A DNA stretch of 64,000 bases, taken from the NCBI GenBank assembly GCA_000708835.1, contig DF236961.1:1-64000 (forward strand), given 5' to 3'. The notes beneath the pieces were generated by a model, which was not told the DNA's origin, searched no databases, and saw only the letters and a list, made by a program, of their open reading frames with translations. Positions 1 through 12,300 of this stretch are shown here, piece by piece. A program made the position numbers and the translations under genes. Within the stretch, counting starts at the first letter, position 1, and each line of letters starts with the position of its first letter. This DNA comes from Klebsormidium nitens (Eukaryota; Plantae; Klebsormidiophyceae).

Positions 1-649
1 GTATCTCTCTCACCCCGAGTCGATTCTGTTCAGCGCCGCTTCAGTATGTGTCATGAGGTGCATTAGTTGGGGGGTAGGCTATCGCATTGCGATAACCCCC
101 CTTCAGCAGAGAGGTTAAGATCTGGATTAGCCACCCTGGTAACAGCAGATGTGGCTGATTGGGGGCTGATTGAGATAAGAAAAGTTTTTGGAACCGTTCT
201 GATGGTGCGTTTTTGAGAATGGATGCCACCCGAAGTTGGCACGCGCCGCCTGGTGGAAGACAGACAACAGTGGACGCGTGTTCCACCTTTCCATTTATAG
301 CAGATAACGGGTCAGTCCGAAAGGACATATAACAGTTAATAGAGAAATGGAGAAGAGAAGAAGCTGTGCTCGGCATTATTCTCCGTCATACCTAATGATT
401 GCAGCTCGTGGGAACCTCTGCGGAAAAGCGAGTGGCGGGCCGATTTGAGTGTAAAAAGATTCAAAGAAGTGTCTAGTTCCTTTAGACGACGCCCAAGCAT
501 TATTGACGCAATCAGTGACCAAAAGTCCTTCGAGAGCTTTCTCCAAAGGCTGAGAAGCACTGAGATCGAATGATGAGCCTGTTGCCTTGTCTTTAAAGCA
601 ACTCCGAACACGTGCGAATAGAAGAAAATCAAGGAGCAGAGAGTTTTAG

Positions 650-968
650 AGTTACCGATACTTTCGTTCTCTTGACGGAAACTATTGTTCTCCGTCTGGA
701 CAGGGGAGCCCTGGCCGTCTGTACTATGTCGGTCCGCATGATTTCGTCGTCCTTGGAGTCCTGGGCCGTTTGGAGCTTGACGGTGATGACGGTGACGTCG
801 GCTTGGAGCGCCTGGGTGAAGAGGGAAAGGCGGAGAAGTAAGTTCGTCTTCTTGTCCGCGTTTGTGTTCTGTTGGGCCAAGGTTTGAAAGTTAATTGCTG
901 GGTTATGGTCGGGGTTTTGGTTTGTCTGTGGAGGGATCCCTTCAAGTGGGTTAGGGCCCTGGGGTGCC
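650..968 (-). other. Possible exon of an unknown gene
   Basis: Stop-free minus frame with GC3-rich codons (…PQGPNPLEGIPPQTNQNPDHNPAINFQTLAQQNTNADKKTNLLLRLSLFTQALQADVTVITVKL…), preceded by a ttttccag acceptor-like site. No recognisable motif; boundaries are approximate. Confidence 0.25.
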
Positions 969-1713
969 GCTGGAAAATTGTTTTAATTCCGTAGTATATA
1001 GGACTACCGTACGTCGTCCGATCGGAACAGCGCCGTGTTTCCGATATGTTGTTCTGCGGATTCGGGGCCGGTATCGGGGCGAGGTTTCCTTTCCAGTTCC
1101 GGATTCCGCGGCTTCGTTATCGCCGTACGTACGGGGGGTAGTTTTAACCTGCGATTGCCAGCCATTCCTTATTTTTGGATTGCCTAACCGCGCCTAACCT
1201 CGCGTGCTTCGGCGTGACCGAGTAGGCACCCGGGCTGTAAAAGGAGCACTTTTTCTTATATTTGGCGTACGGTATTAGCGTATGGAAGGCGGGGCAATCA
1301 TAAATGGCCGTTCGTGCTTGGGGGCGTGGGAAAACTTGCATTTGGGTTCGGTGCAGGGTTTATCCTGAGCCGTTTTAACACATAGCTGCGTGAACTCCCC
1401 TTGGACGGTTCAATGTGAAGTAAGGAGTCGCGGCTGCCTGCGCCCTAATGCAGGGAGAGTTGCAACAACACATAGCCTCACACTAGTAGGTACTAGGTGG
1501 TGCTGGTTGGCACTCATGGAACAGCATGGCGGGAAGACGTAAAGATGGCATCAGCTACTCTGCAAAGTTTTTTGGTTTTTTGGCGGCAGAAGCACTTTCC
1601 TTGGTTCTTGCCACAAAAGTTTCCCTTCTAGACCTCAAGCAGCGCGACTTCTGGCCCGTGGCAGCTGCCGAGCACAGTCACGAGAGAAATTTGAGTCAAA
1701 GATCATTCAGAGG

Positions 1714-2442
1714 TTGCCAGCCGTGAATAGAGAGGAGCTGAAGAAGCTCTCAGAGTTCCGTCATGACCTACTAAACGTCCGAGATGCGGTAGGCAAAGAT
1801 CAGCGGATAAGGTTAAGTCCTGGAGCTACACCTGTGCACATCGGCGCGAGGATTGCCATAAATCATTTGGTGGTGCACCGCGAGAGCGAAGCTAGGGTGG
1901 ATAGGGCAGAGGAAGAGGATGTGTCGGACTCAGCAAAAGCGGCCCAGCTCCTCCAGGAGCGCTTCGCCACTACCGCAATACCTGCATTGCCGCCCTTCAC
2001 AGGAAATGACATCCCAGAATGGGCACAATTTCTCATAAGTAGCCAGCTGAATCTACAGCAAGGCCAGGGTATTGTGCAAGATGCGCTTCTAATGCTCTCC
2101 AAGCAGCTAGATGCCATAAGCAAGCAGCTTGGCAGCCTCGCGCATGACATGGGCGACTATGCTCAAGATAACATGTTGGCTTACATATCGGACGATAGCA
2201 TCTTTGGGCAAAGGGGTGCGCTGCCTCATGCGGTGCGCTCAGCGCAATTTTTAGTCAGCTTCATTACAGGATCGGCGCCCTCGAGTAACGAGACACGCGC
2301 AGTTGCAGCGGCACTGCTGCCAGCAGTGAGTGAAGTGCTGTATGATGTATTGAGTTTTCCCTTGTACCACAAATCACCAGACAAGTTGCGTTTTGCTGTT
2401 CGAGATGTTCTGAGGAGGCCTCCTAAGCAATCAAGATTCTGA
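1714..2442 (+). CDS. Orphan 242-aa ORF (frame is open back to ~1543); unknown function, possibly TE-associated
   Basis: Long ORF in ~50% GC DNA with protein-like composition. No start context, family or motif recognised. Confidence 0.35.
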   Translation: MPAVNREELKKLSEFRHDLLNVRDAVGKDQRIRLSPGATPVHIGARIAINHLVVHRESEARVDRAEEEDVSDSAKAAQLLQERFATTAIPALPPFTGNDIPEWAQFLISSQLNLQQGQGIVQDALLMLSKQLDAISKQLGSLAHDMGDYAQDNMLAYISDDSIFGQRGALPHAVRSAQFLVSFITGSAPSSNETRAVAAALLPAVSEVLYDVLSFPLYHKSPDKLRFAVRDVLRRPPKQSRF

Positions 2443-3079
2443 TGCTGCAACATTTCTCCTCAGAGGAGACCTGCTCCTGTCAACTTAGAGGGACACAACA
2501 AATGGCCGATCATTGGGTTCTTGTTGTATCATAAAGATGATTGAGTACGGTGACCAGCCAGCATGTTGTTTCCTCCGTTCATCTGTTGATTTTAGTCTAT
2601 TGACGCTTCAATGACCCACAGCCTTGCATTCATGGAGTCCCTTCAACTTCTTGAATGGAGGCCAAACTCCTTGGAACAGGCTGACTTCAGTAATTTGCTA
2701 TTCTGTGTTTTGCAGCATCACACGTTTCACAAGCTGGTGCTCTGTACCGGGATTTGCATTACGTTTGAGTTCCTCCGAGCAATCAACAACCTTGGTGACA
2801 GTGTGAGTTCCTTTGACTTGAATCAAACCATATTTGCCAATATTGGTCGATGCACGTAAAAGCAGAATCGAGTTTCTTATGAGCCCGACGCTGAGCTGCT
2901 TCTGGGAAGATGTAGTTCTCAGCTGTCCACAGACGCATAAAGGACAAGTTTGTTTTGTTTGGAGGCCTTGTTGAGAGAGGTCTGCTTTCAAGGATTCATT
3001 CACTGCCACAAGGTAGCTTATTATGAGTGGCTAGGTTCAAATTTTCTGGTCCTCTGCAAGTCTTCAGACACAGGTTGGT

Positions 3080-3532
3080 GTGCAAGCACTCTTGACATCT
3101 GGTTGCATGTTCCTCTGCCCAGGCATCTTTGCGAGCAAGCCAGATCAGCTCACTGCGACATCAGGCTACCGAGTCAACGGAAGGCCTAAGACTAATACAA
3201 AGATGCATCGGTGTCTCGAGCATGAGGGACATTTTGCTAGACTAGTAGCGCTTGCAGACCAGAAACTGCGCAAAGTGTCCAGTCGGCAAACAGCAAATTC
3301 CGCTTTGCTCACGAGCATTCTCGTCACCTACTGCTCGACAGCAGCCCAAAATACCGAGGGCCTCATTGAGTTTCTCATCGAGCAGCCCCGCGTCTTCATG
3401 TTTCTCTTGTCCGCTCTACTCTTCGGTGAACTATATGAGGTGGTCGATGTGGACGCAGTTGGGAAAACGACTCATCGAGAACGGGCGGAAGATCTACAAG
3501 GTTGGGGAGACCAAGTCCTCAACATCAGGTAG
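3080..3532 (+). CDS. Orphan ORF or exon, unknown function
   Basis: 150-aa ORF with a helical-looking segment (HEGHFARLVALADQKLRK…LIEFLIEQPRVFMFLLSALLFGELY). No homology recognised. Confidence 0.2.
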   Translation: MQALLTSGCMFLCPGIFASKPDQLTATSGYRVNGRPKTNTKMHRCLEHEGHFARLVALADQKLRKVSSRQTANSALLTSILVTYCSTAAQNTEGLIEFLIEQPRVFMFLLSALLFGELYEVVDVDAVGKTTHRERAEDLQGWGDQVLNIR

Positions 3533-3910
3533 GAGCGAGGCGTTTATGGGCAATCAGAATTCTTCAACAGTCAACGAGGTGTTATAGAAAGATTACTAGA
3601 GAGTCCGTCCGTGCAGTCCCTTCTCCTTCTTGAAATTCAGTGGGGGCCACTTGTGTGCACTTTTAAGTCCTGGCTCAGCCGATGTTGCTTCTTGTCCAAC
3701 ATAGCATTTCAAGCCTTGGTTGGATTTCGTGTACCGGGTTTAGGCTAGAACCGAGCTAGGCTGAGGTGGTTTACCACTGAAATCAGTGACAAACCGCGCA
3801 AAATCGGCCGTAAACCCACTGACCCACTGAAGTTCAACTCCAAGTAGGGTACCGCGCGGCCTGTGGTAGGTACCTTGTACTTCACTCGTACGGTGAAGTA
3901 CGGTAGGTCC

Positions 3911-3991
3911 AGACTTGGACCAATCACAGAGGGAAGCGGGATTTTGTGTACAGCAGAGAATCCCGCTTCCCTCTGTGAGTGGTCCAAGTCT
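3911..3991. repeat. Near-perfect inverted repeat (33-bp arms, 1 mismatch, 15-nt spacer)
   Basis: 3911-3943 agacttggaccaatcacagagggaagcgggatt is the reverse complement of 3959-3991 aatcccgcttccctctgtgagtggtccaagtct except at one base. The spacer contains tgtaca. A 9-bp-arm hairpin (gtacttcac…gtgaagtac, 3877-3901) lies next to it. Confidence 0.92.
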
Positions 3992-4653
3992 GACAGTAAA
4001 GTACACAGTACTACCTACCTTCTGACATCTGCGAGCATAGGCTGCAACTTCCAAATTTTAAAATTCGCCGTCCGATGAATTTTATGCTTAGTGAGTCGGT
4101 CGATCGGCGGTTAAAATGTCTCCGGTCTGACACGCGACGACGGGGACACGCGACGAGTTGAAATCGCCGCGGTGTCAGACCCGGCGGTTTTGAAATTTTG
4201 TCGCTTGCGGTACGTGGCGCGCGACCAGCTGTGAGTGACATCATGCAAATCGGATCTGCATTTATGTCGATTATGTCAGAATTTGGGCGGTAGGACACTA
4301 CAATTAACACTATTAGAAACTTACAGGCTCCGGCACTCTTGTATCTCGGTGCCTGGGGTGAAAATGCTGCCCTTTCCGCACTCGGTGGTACTGAGCGGGA
4401 CCGCCCTCAACTCTGCTGGGACCGGGCAATGTAGCGCGCGCAGTGTGCACTGCAGTGCAACTGTATAGTGCGGCAGCCCCCAAAGCGTGAACTTCCGCAA
4501 TTTTAGGGCACACTTTGGTACAAGCTTTCGAAGGTAGGCTTGAAATGCTATGTGGTTGCAATCTTGCCCTTTCATAGGAAGGCACGGTTCCGAATCATTG
4601 ACTCGAAAGAAGGAGTTGACCTTCTTTTTTGTCACCTTCTTCCCCTCTTTCAG

Positions 4654-5117
4654 ATTCGTTGCGGTGATCCAGAATATAGAAGATGCAAGTCAGCCCCACT
4701 GTTGGACGAAATCCAAGGAGGGCTGGATGCTAGTCCGGGTCGGTAGGACTTCGTAACATCCAATTGTGGTTGTTTCCCGGTCTTTTACAATATTCGGACT
4801 TTACCAACTTTTTTGTTCGACATGCAGGTCTCCTCAAGGCGAAGAAGCAAGGGGTGGTTTGGGGGGCTACCCTGGTTTGGGGAGAAAGAGTACTCAGAGG
4901 GCAAGTGACGTCGAAGCATAAACCAGAGCTTGACGTTAGATGCTATGTCTTCCTCCCCGCCACCGTCGATGTGGAATCGTTAAGAAGGTTAAGGAGCCAA
5001 GATGTCGAAGTGGAGTGGGTTAGCAAAGATGGCGCGACTGTAAAGGAGCAAGTGTCAGTGGTGTTCAAGCTAGGGGTGGCCAACCGCCTCAAAGGTATCA
5101 TCTTCCCATTTGAGTAG
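4654..5117 (+). CDS. Small spliced orphan gene (exons 4654-4742 and 4828-5117; 5' exons uncertain)
   Basis: Pyrimidine-rich acceptor (cctctttcag). The GT-AG intron 4743-4827 joins the exons in phase: FVAVIQNIEDASQPHCWTKSKEGWMLVRV-G-LLKAKKQGVVWGATLVWGERVLRGQV…IIFPFE*. Confidence 0.45.
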
Positions 5118-8057
5118 TTGTGTCTCTGTAGAACGTTTGCAAGACAGCGGGACTTCATCACGAAACAGCAGCCAATATAGGTTGGTATGGGAACCGTATA
5201 AAAACGACACAGGAATACTCTCTCTATAGGATCAATGCAGGTTCTATACATCCCCGTATAGGCTTATATGATGTTATATGAGTTGTATATTCCGATATAG
5301 TTATGCTTCCTGAATCTACTTATATAGGGTCCGTATAATCAGGATATGGTTCTGAATATAACCCCTTACGGAAAACTGGTGGACCAACCGCTAGCGCTTG
5401 CGCGCACGCTCTGCCGGTACATGGCATCCCGGGCGTCACGGTATGCGGTTTGGCTGGGTCAACAAGTGCCCGGAGGGGCAGGGCGGGCCCGGCAAGGTGG
5501 CCCGGCCCCCCGCGGGCCGCCGCATTGGGCCCGCCGCACTGGCATTTGAAGACGCCCGGCCGCCGGGTTTACTACGGCCGGCCGCGCTCGCATTGCATGG
5601 CCGCCGGTTTCTAATGTTCGCCGGCCGCGTATACAGCGACGGGGCGCTGGGACTTCAGTGAACGTAGGTTCACGGACTCTGACGTGGCACTGGATCGAAG
5701 CATCGAACGGTGCTTGGTTTTCAATCTACGGTCAAACTATCGCGGGCAAATTCAAATCTTATCCCAATCTTGGATTTGGCAATTTCGACCTCACAATTTT
5801 CATTTGAACTAAAGTCTGCAATTAGTCTTCAACCTTCAAGTTCACCGCATGAAGACGGCTCCAAATCAGTCAGGCGCCTCTTTGGCACCCCCCTCACCAA
5901 GTCTGTCCGCCTTACAACTCACCTGCAAGTGTACTATTTTAGGCCGCCAACCTGACTTCTCAATGCCTTTGTATGTGAAGAATGTGAGCAGAAAAGCTGG
6001 TTCGGAGAGTCGGAGCACTGGGCTGGTTGGAGAAAGGAAGGAGCGCCGCAAGGACTAAAGCAACTAAAGGTGAGAAATCAGTATGCAAGTTTCTATGCTA
6101 TCAAGGAACGAATGCTAAAAAGCAAATTTGAGTAGTCTGTGGTCAATGCTTCATCATTTGTGTTCCTCTCGTCAAGGCAGGCCTTTTAGAAGAGCAACAG
6201 GGGAGCAACGCCTACCCAGTGGTTTGCAGTAGCAAGTAGGGTTCAGGTTGCTGCCAGTGTATATCAGGAATCTGAAGAGAGCAGAAGAGTCCCCCAGGCG
6301 TTGCTGTCAACATCAAGTGTTCACCGAGCTGTCCTCATGGATGTGGCTGCAACAGTTTATGTAGCATCCGGAATCAACTTGGTATTGACAACAAGAGATA
6401 GCCAGCCGGCGCTCAGCACTCTGCCAAGAGGATGTTCAGCAGGTGTTACCTTGCTGATTACTAACGTCCTAGACATGCAGAGACGCAGCTCAGGGCAGGG
6501 AGATTTACGCTATGATTACAGTGGTGACCAAGTAACGTCAGCCAATTATCATGCCTGCAAGAGATGCACTCTGTTATTGGTGGGATTGCTGGCTTTTGCA
6601 AAGGACGCACCCTACATCTGAGTCTGCTCCAAAGCTGCAAGTCTGCCTGCGAGCTTCGTGCGCTCAAGTGTCTGTTCTAATCATGCCAGCCGATGGTACC
6701 CGTCTCGTACTGTTACCCGATTCAGTCGTCTGCTTCTGCTGTTCCTTGATGTCTGATTTGAGGCTTTTGCTTCGTGCAGGGGTATTAAAGTCCTCTACAG
6801 CAAGGCATATGCCACAAAGTATTGCCCGCCGAGCTTCGCCTACGGCAGATTAAGCATGCGGCTTGCATTTACTTTGCGCACCGCAGGTTAACAGGCAATT
6901 CAAGGTGAGTTTTATCAGCCCTCCTGTTCTTGATAGCCGTTCAGATCAGCTCACACGTTCTTCGAACCAGAGGTTGCAGCGCAGATTGTTGTCGTCTGAA
7001 AGATTGTTGTAAGGCCATGTACGGCAAGCTAGACTGTAATCAAACGTAGCATGATATGTTCGATACGTTTGTTCATTATTTATCGGTTAGAGTTTAGGTG
7101 ACCTTCTTAGTTGTAGGTCTAATCGCACTTGGTCTGTTTGCCCATTAGGTTCTGGGTGTGGTATGGTCTACCAATTGCTCAGTGGGCAGGTTCGCAAGTG
7201 CATGAGACCTTTGGAGGCAGTCGGGTGCTTTGACAGCAGTACCACAAGTCCAGGTTGTCAAGTCTGGTGCTTTTTAGCACCTGAACCTCACTGCAAATTT
7301 ATGCACCAAAGCCACATGGATACTGAACGTTCTTGACGTGTTCTGTACAGAATCTGAATAATTCCCATGCCGAAGCTCTGTGGTTCTGATACAGATCCAC
7401 ACAGGAACTCGATGAGGCAGATTCATGCATATGGACCCTATAAAGAACCTAGATGTGATTTGTATAGGGTCTACATGACTTCCATATGCAGCTTCGTATA
7501 GGAACTATACGGAACGCATCCCTGTATGGAACCGTTTGGTTCTCAACATAGTTTTTTTTCCTAGATCGGTTTCATATAGTTTCCAAATAAAACTTTACGC
7601 ATCCTTATAAATTCTGTATCGAGTGAACTTTTGTGATGTTTTCTGGCCACCTTGGTTTGGAGCCGCCAAAAAACGGGGCCTGTAAGTAGAGGGTCATGGA
7701 GAGGATAAGATAATGCGTCCATCTTCGGATCGGAGGACATCATTCGTAAGTTGAATCGTCAAAATATTTGGAGACTCGCAACACTTTGGGTGGTGTCGCA
7801 GATATTGTTGTGCCACTCGTTGGCCGCCGATTGACGCACTCCAAACCTTCTGGCTTTAATCCAAGGTGTTGTTGCCAGGATGTACGTTGCTGAGACAAGC
7901 CAGGATCCCGGCGTGCGTGTTAACATGACGGCGCGCTGTACTTGCTCGAGACGCAGATTCACGTCTCTGTTTGCATGTGGTCGTAAGGCCGGACCACCAT
8001 ACTAACGCGCGGCGCGGACGGTACGCCTCATGCAACGTAGGTGTATCATATCCGTCA

Positions 8058-8818
8058 CACAAGCTACCTAGGGTGGGCACCGGCCGAGTCGAATCTGACT
8101 CGATTCGCGACGATAATGTGACTCGGCGAATCAAATTTCGTCAGTAGTACTGGCGGTTCGCGTTACGCCGAGTGACATTTGTGTAACACGTACGGTACAA
8201 GTACTTAGAATTTTCCGCTCGGCCGTGACGCAGTGTGATAGAACCGTAAGATAGTGTTATGATTTACACTTTCAAAGAAGCAACAAAATAGTGCTCAAAG
8301 ATGAGGCTTATGCAGCACGTAGGAACCTTTGACAAGCATAAAAAATTGTTGGGAGAGCGTCACTAGGTGTTGCTTCAAGTGTTTGTTTTGTTGAGGACAA
8401 ATCTGAAGATAGAGCATACGAGGCGCAAAGTTGGCCGCCATTGTTGGTTTTCAAAAAGCGCCTTCTCTTACACTTCTCTTTCGAGTCTCTGCACTTCTCT
8501 TTCAGGCTAGGAACCGTGGTACTCTTCCGTGGTCCAAGTCGGAACTTCCGACCGACACCATAAAATTTGAATTCTCGGGACCCGCAGACTCGATCCACGC
8601 GCGACGGTACCGTACCGCCGAATTTTACGCATGTGTCAGTCGGTCGACGTGTCAGGAAAATTTAATTCATGAACTCCGACCGGATTCTCAAATACCGCCG
8701 AGTACATTCGTAAGTACCGCGTACAAAATTCGTCGCGACGCGTGACACCGGTGAATCAAATTCGTGACTCGATCGTCGCGCGACCGATACCGTCGATACC
8801 CACCCTAGGTTGCTTGTG
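8058..8818. mobile_element. Non-autonomous TIR element (MITE-like, CAC…GTG termini, CMC/EnSpm-like)
   Basis: 20-bp TIRs: cacaagctacctagggtggg (8058-8077) and cccaccctaggttgcttgtg (8799-8818), 1 mismatch. The same dinucleotide CA flanks both ends (8056-57, 8819-20), consistent with a 2-bp TSD. Subterminal gactcg/gaatcaaat motifs occur at both ends. No transposase ORF. Confidence 0.65.
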
Positions 8819-9360
8819 CAGAGCAACTGACTATATTTGCATATGGGCTCCAAAATATCTGTTTACAGGTGTACTTATTTCGATGTGACATGCGTCGATG
8901 CTGCAAGTTGTTCGGTGTATGTTGCACTGCATGTTGGCATGCGTGAATCAACCAGGGAGCGGGCTGCACAGTACCGCTATGAGCTGCATGTCAACCATGG
9001 TACTGCAATCCCCGGGCCATCGAATCGAACAGGATTCGGAATTAGATGCGGTCACCTCCAACCCGGACGGACCCGAACCGCGCTTGATGCATGATACCGG
9101 TATAAACATGTGAATAGATCCCGATCGGGCGCGGTCTAACCTCATTGTCCATGAAAGGTGTTCAGCAGATTGACGGGATAAGCTGCCAGACTTCGGCTCA
9201 AACACTGTTACCCTTGATTTAACATGGGTGCAAGGAACTGATTTCAAAACGAATATACTTGCCTTCGAGCTACAAGATCGTTGACTTGGTCTTTCGTCAA
9301 AACAATTGACTGTCTGTGTGTGTTTGGTTTCCTGGTACAAGAGGTACAACTGCCATAGCC

Positions 9361-12300
9361 TCAATACGACGCTGGCAGTTGTTGATAAGGTATTTGCGTT
9401 AAGATCTGCCCCTTTATCGTGTTTATACAAGACTCAATCTCCTTCCAAACCCGTTGGTTGTGCTGCAAAAACAAACCAGACAAGTAAGTCAGACAATGTC
9501 CAAGCGGCCTCTCCATGTTCGATAAATGTTTCAAAAGCAGCACTCTTTGAAGTTGCGCCGAGTCGAGAACCAAGTAGGAAAGCACGGCGTTACATTGGAC
9601 AAACGAGTCAACACAATCTGCCGGTCAATGGTCGGCCTCCCTAAAATGAGTCCTTGTTCAGATACGACTCCATTGAGTTAAGATCAATGCGTCGGGGACG
9701 AGTGGGATCGATCTGGGAGTTAGGTGGTACGGGTGCGGAGCACATTAACTGTGGACGCAGCCTTTGATCTCGTCTCAGCCCACGGAACGGATCCACCTCA
9801 ACATATAACTCAGTGCGAAATGGGTAACACGTCTCCCCCGGCTCACCTGCGCGTGCGGCTTGAGCGACGCGATGGCGGAGTCGAGCGTGAGCACGGTGTC
9901 CTGCTGCGGCAGCGCGCGGTCGGTGCACTGCTGGATCATGAGCAGCGTCGCCACGCAGCTAGCCATTAGCTCCGACAGGAAGCCGCCCTCCTTGCTGCGC
10001 GCGTGGCCGCCCACCTCCAGCCCCGTCAAGGGATCCCCCGGAACTGCAGCCGCCTTGCTGCGCGCCGCGTCGCCGTAGCCAGTGTCGGCCACGCTCTGTA
10101 CCCACCACAAGCACGGCAATCTGTAAAACTTGCGTCCAGAGACCGTGTCCGAAGGCTATAAGGATTACCTAATGCCCACTTCTTCTAGAATTAAAACAAG
10201 ACCGCAAAGGTAGACTCTAGTCGTAGAGTATCGGCTTGCTTCCTGAAGAGCTTTTTGGCTCCGTTTCTGACCCACAGCTGCTGTTAGAAAGCGGGTAAAA
10301 TGTGGCAAAAGTGGCGAAGAATGTATACAAGCAACCAAGCCGTGTCCTTTCAAACGATGTGATAAGTCTCCGCATCAAGTGATGGCTGCGGAGCACACCT
10401 GAAATACCAGAAAACATGCTTCGCAACGACCCTTCTTTTTCCAAAAACAACAAAAGCAGGTCGAACTCGTCTGTTCTCACATGCGCCGCAGCCGCCGCCT
10501 CCGCCCAGTTGACTCTCCCGGCTGCTCTGCTGGTGCCTAGGATCCCCGGTACAGCGTGCGGCCCGGCCGCGGAGGTGCCCCCCCGCGCCCCTGGTTGCAG
10601 CCGGCGATTGAACTTGTCGTCCAGCCCGAGCTGTGGCCCGAGCGCCTCGAGAACTAGCATGGGGTCCTCGCCCTCGCCGGCCGACTGCAGCGCCGCCACC
10701 ACCTGCGCCACCATGGCACGCGCCTGCACGGCTCACACAGCAAGCACGCGGTCAGCCGTGCACGACTTTGACCTGGCAGAGGGAATAAGGTTGACAGGCT
10801 CTTTACAGGGAAAGTCTCGCAAGCCGGACAGCCAGGCTGCAACTACCAACGGACGCATCTTCCGACGTCGTGCTGTCCCGGGCTCTCTTTCGCTTGCCAG
10901 GCTTGTCTTCCTCAACAAGGCCGCTTCTCAAGACCGCGTACAAAGGTTTCTGTGAACACAAACGCTGCATCATCTGGCCTCCGAAAGCGCACCCCCTCTG
11001 CTCCATACCTGCCGTCTGGCGCTCGCGGCCATCTCCCCAATGGGCTTCGGCGGGAGGTCCTCTCGGGGCGTCGCCGGCTGGCCCCCCCGCGGTTGACCTG
11101 GGCCACCGTTGGCGTGCACCCAGGCCGGGCTGGCGGGATCGGCGTAGCGGTTGCGCTGCCGCAATCGAACCACGCACTGCTCCACCTGGCAACACGACGC
11201 AGGCAGCACGGTTCAGGAGGTTTCGTTTTACGAAGCCGACAACGAGGACGCTTTGAGGTTGAGGAAGAGGCGTGATGACAGAAAGGAGCCCGCTGCTCAG
11301 AAGAGGGAGTCGCGCATTAAGAACGCTACCAGCCTGCTCGATGAAGGAAACAGCAGTCGAACCGATGACTGCATGCCCTGCCTAAGACTTTCCGATTGCC
11401 AACCGGAGGCGCGGCCCCGACCTGTTTGTTGACCTGCTCCAGCGCGAGCACCTTCTTCGCCAGGCCTTCCCGCAGCGCGTCGTCCTCCGTCCCCGCCTGC
11501 GCCGCCTCGCTGCTGCCCGCCTCGGCGGTGCGCCGCTCAGCGTCGGCCGTCACGTGGGCCATCTCCGCCAACAGCGCAGCCTGCACCGCACGAGCCACCT
11601 CAGCAGGGAGCGCCTCGAAACAGAGACCGAATCGCGCAACCTTTAGGAAACTGGGCCAAGGTCTTCAATAAAAACATAAGGACACCCTGAACCTAGCCGC
11701 TGCAGTCGAGCCTCCAGAGACTGGAGCGGGTCGAGAGCAGTATCCATCTCGAACCCGCCCGTTTAACAATCTGCCAACATCTGGAAGCCCTTTGCCAGTG
11801 ACTGCGCATCCCCGGAATGCCCCCACCTTTTTGTCGAGCGCCCGCTGCAGGTCCGCAAGCACTTTGACGTCCTTGTCGCGCGTCGCCTGCGCGGCGGCAT
11901 CCGTGCGCGGGCTGGCGGGTGGCGTCCCTGGCTCCGCGAGCGCCGCGCTCATGGCCTCCGCGGTGGCCTGCTTCGCCAGGGCCACCGCAGACTGCGAGTC
12001 CGCCGCAGCCATCAGCGGCTCCAGCCGCAGCACCAACAGCTCGCCTGGGGGGAAAGACGGAACGGGGAGTATTAGATCCGTTTCTTCTTTCAGCTCACAG
12101 GAAAGCCAGCCTTTGTCTTGAAAGCCCAGTAATTGCTTTGTTGGAGCAAAAGGTGTTCGAAAGGGACTTCGAAAGCGGCACGCTAGCTCCAAAGTGAGCA
12201 GGAAAGTCGAGGCGACTGTGTCGGGTGCCTTAGACGAGTTACCGGACAGGCAAGAGATTCACCATTGAAAAAAGGCAAAGTGTACAGCCGTGCAACCGAG

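Noticed and set aside
6290-6620. SET-domain-like hints (Cys cluster; QGDLRYDYSG resembling GEELxYDY)
   Set aside because: The fragments are in different interrupted frames and no core SET motifs were found.
7918-8997. Degenerate outer inverted similarity flanking the MITE (7918-7963 versus 8942-8995)
   Set aside because: Only short matching blocks with several gaps; cannot be distinguished from chance by eye.
9306-9430. KGADLNA ankyrin-like string in ORF 8948-9430
   Set aside because: It is an alternative frame of the ALY last exon.
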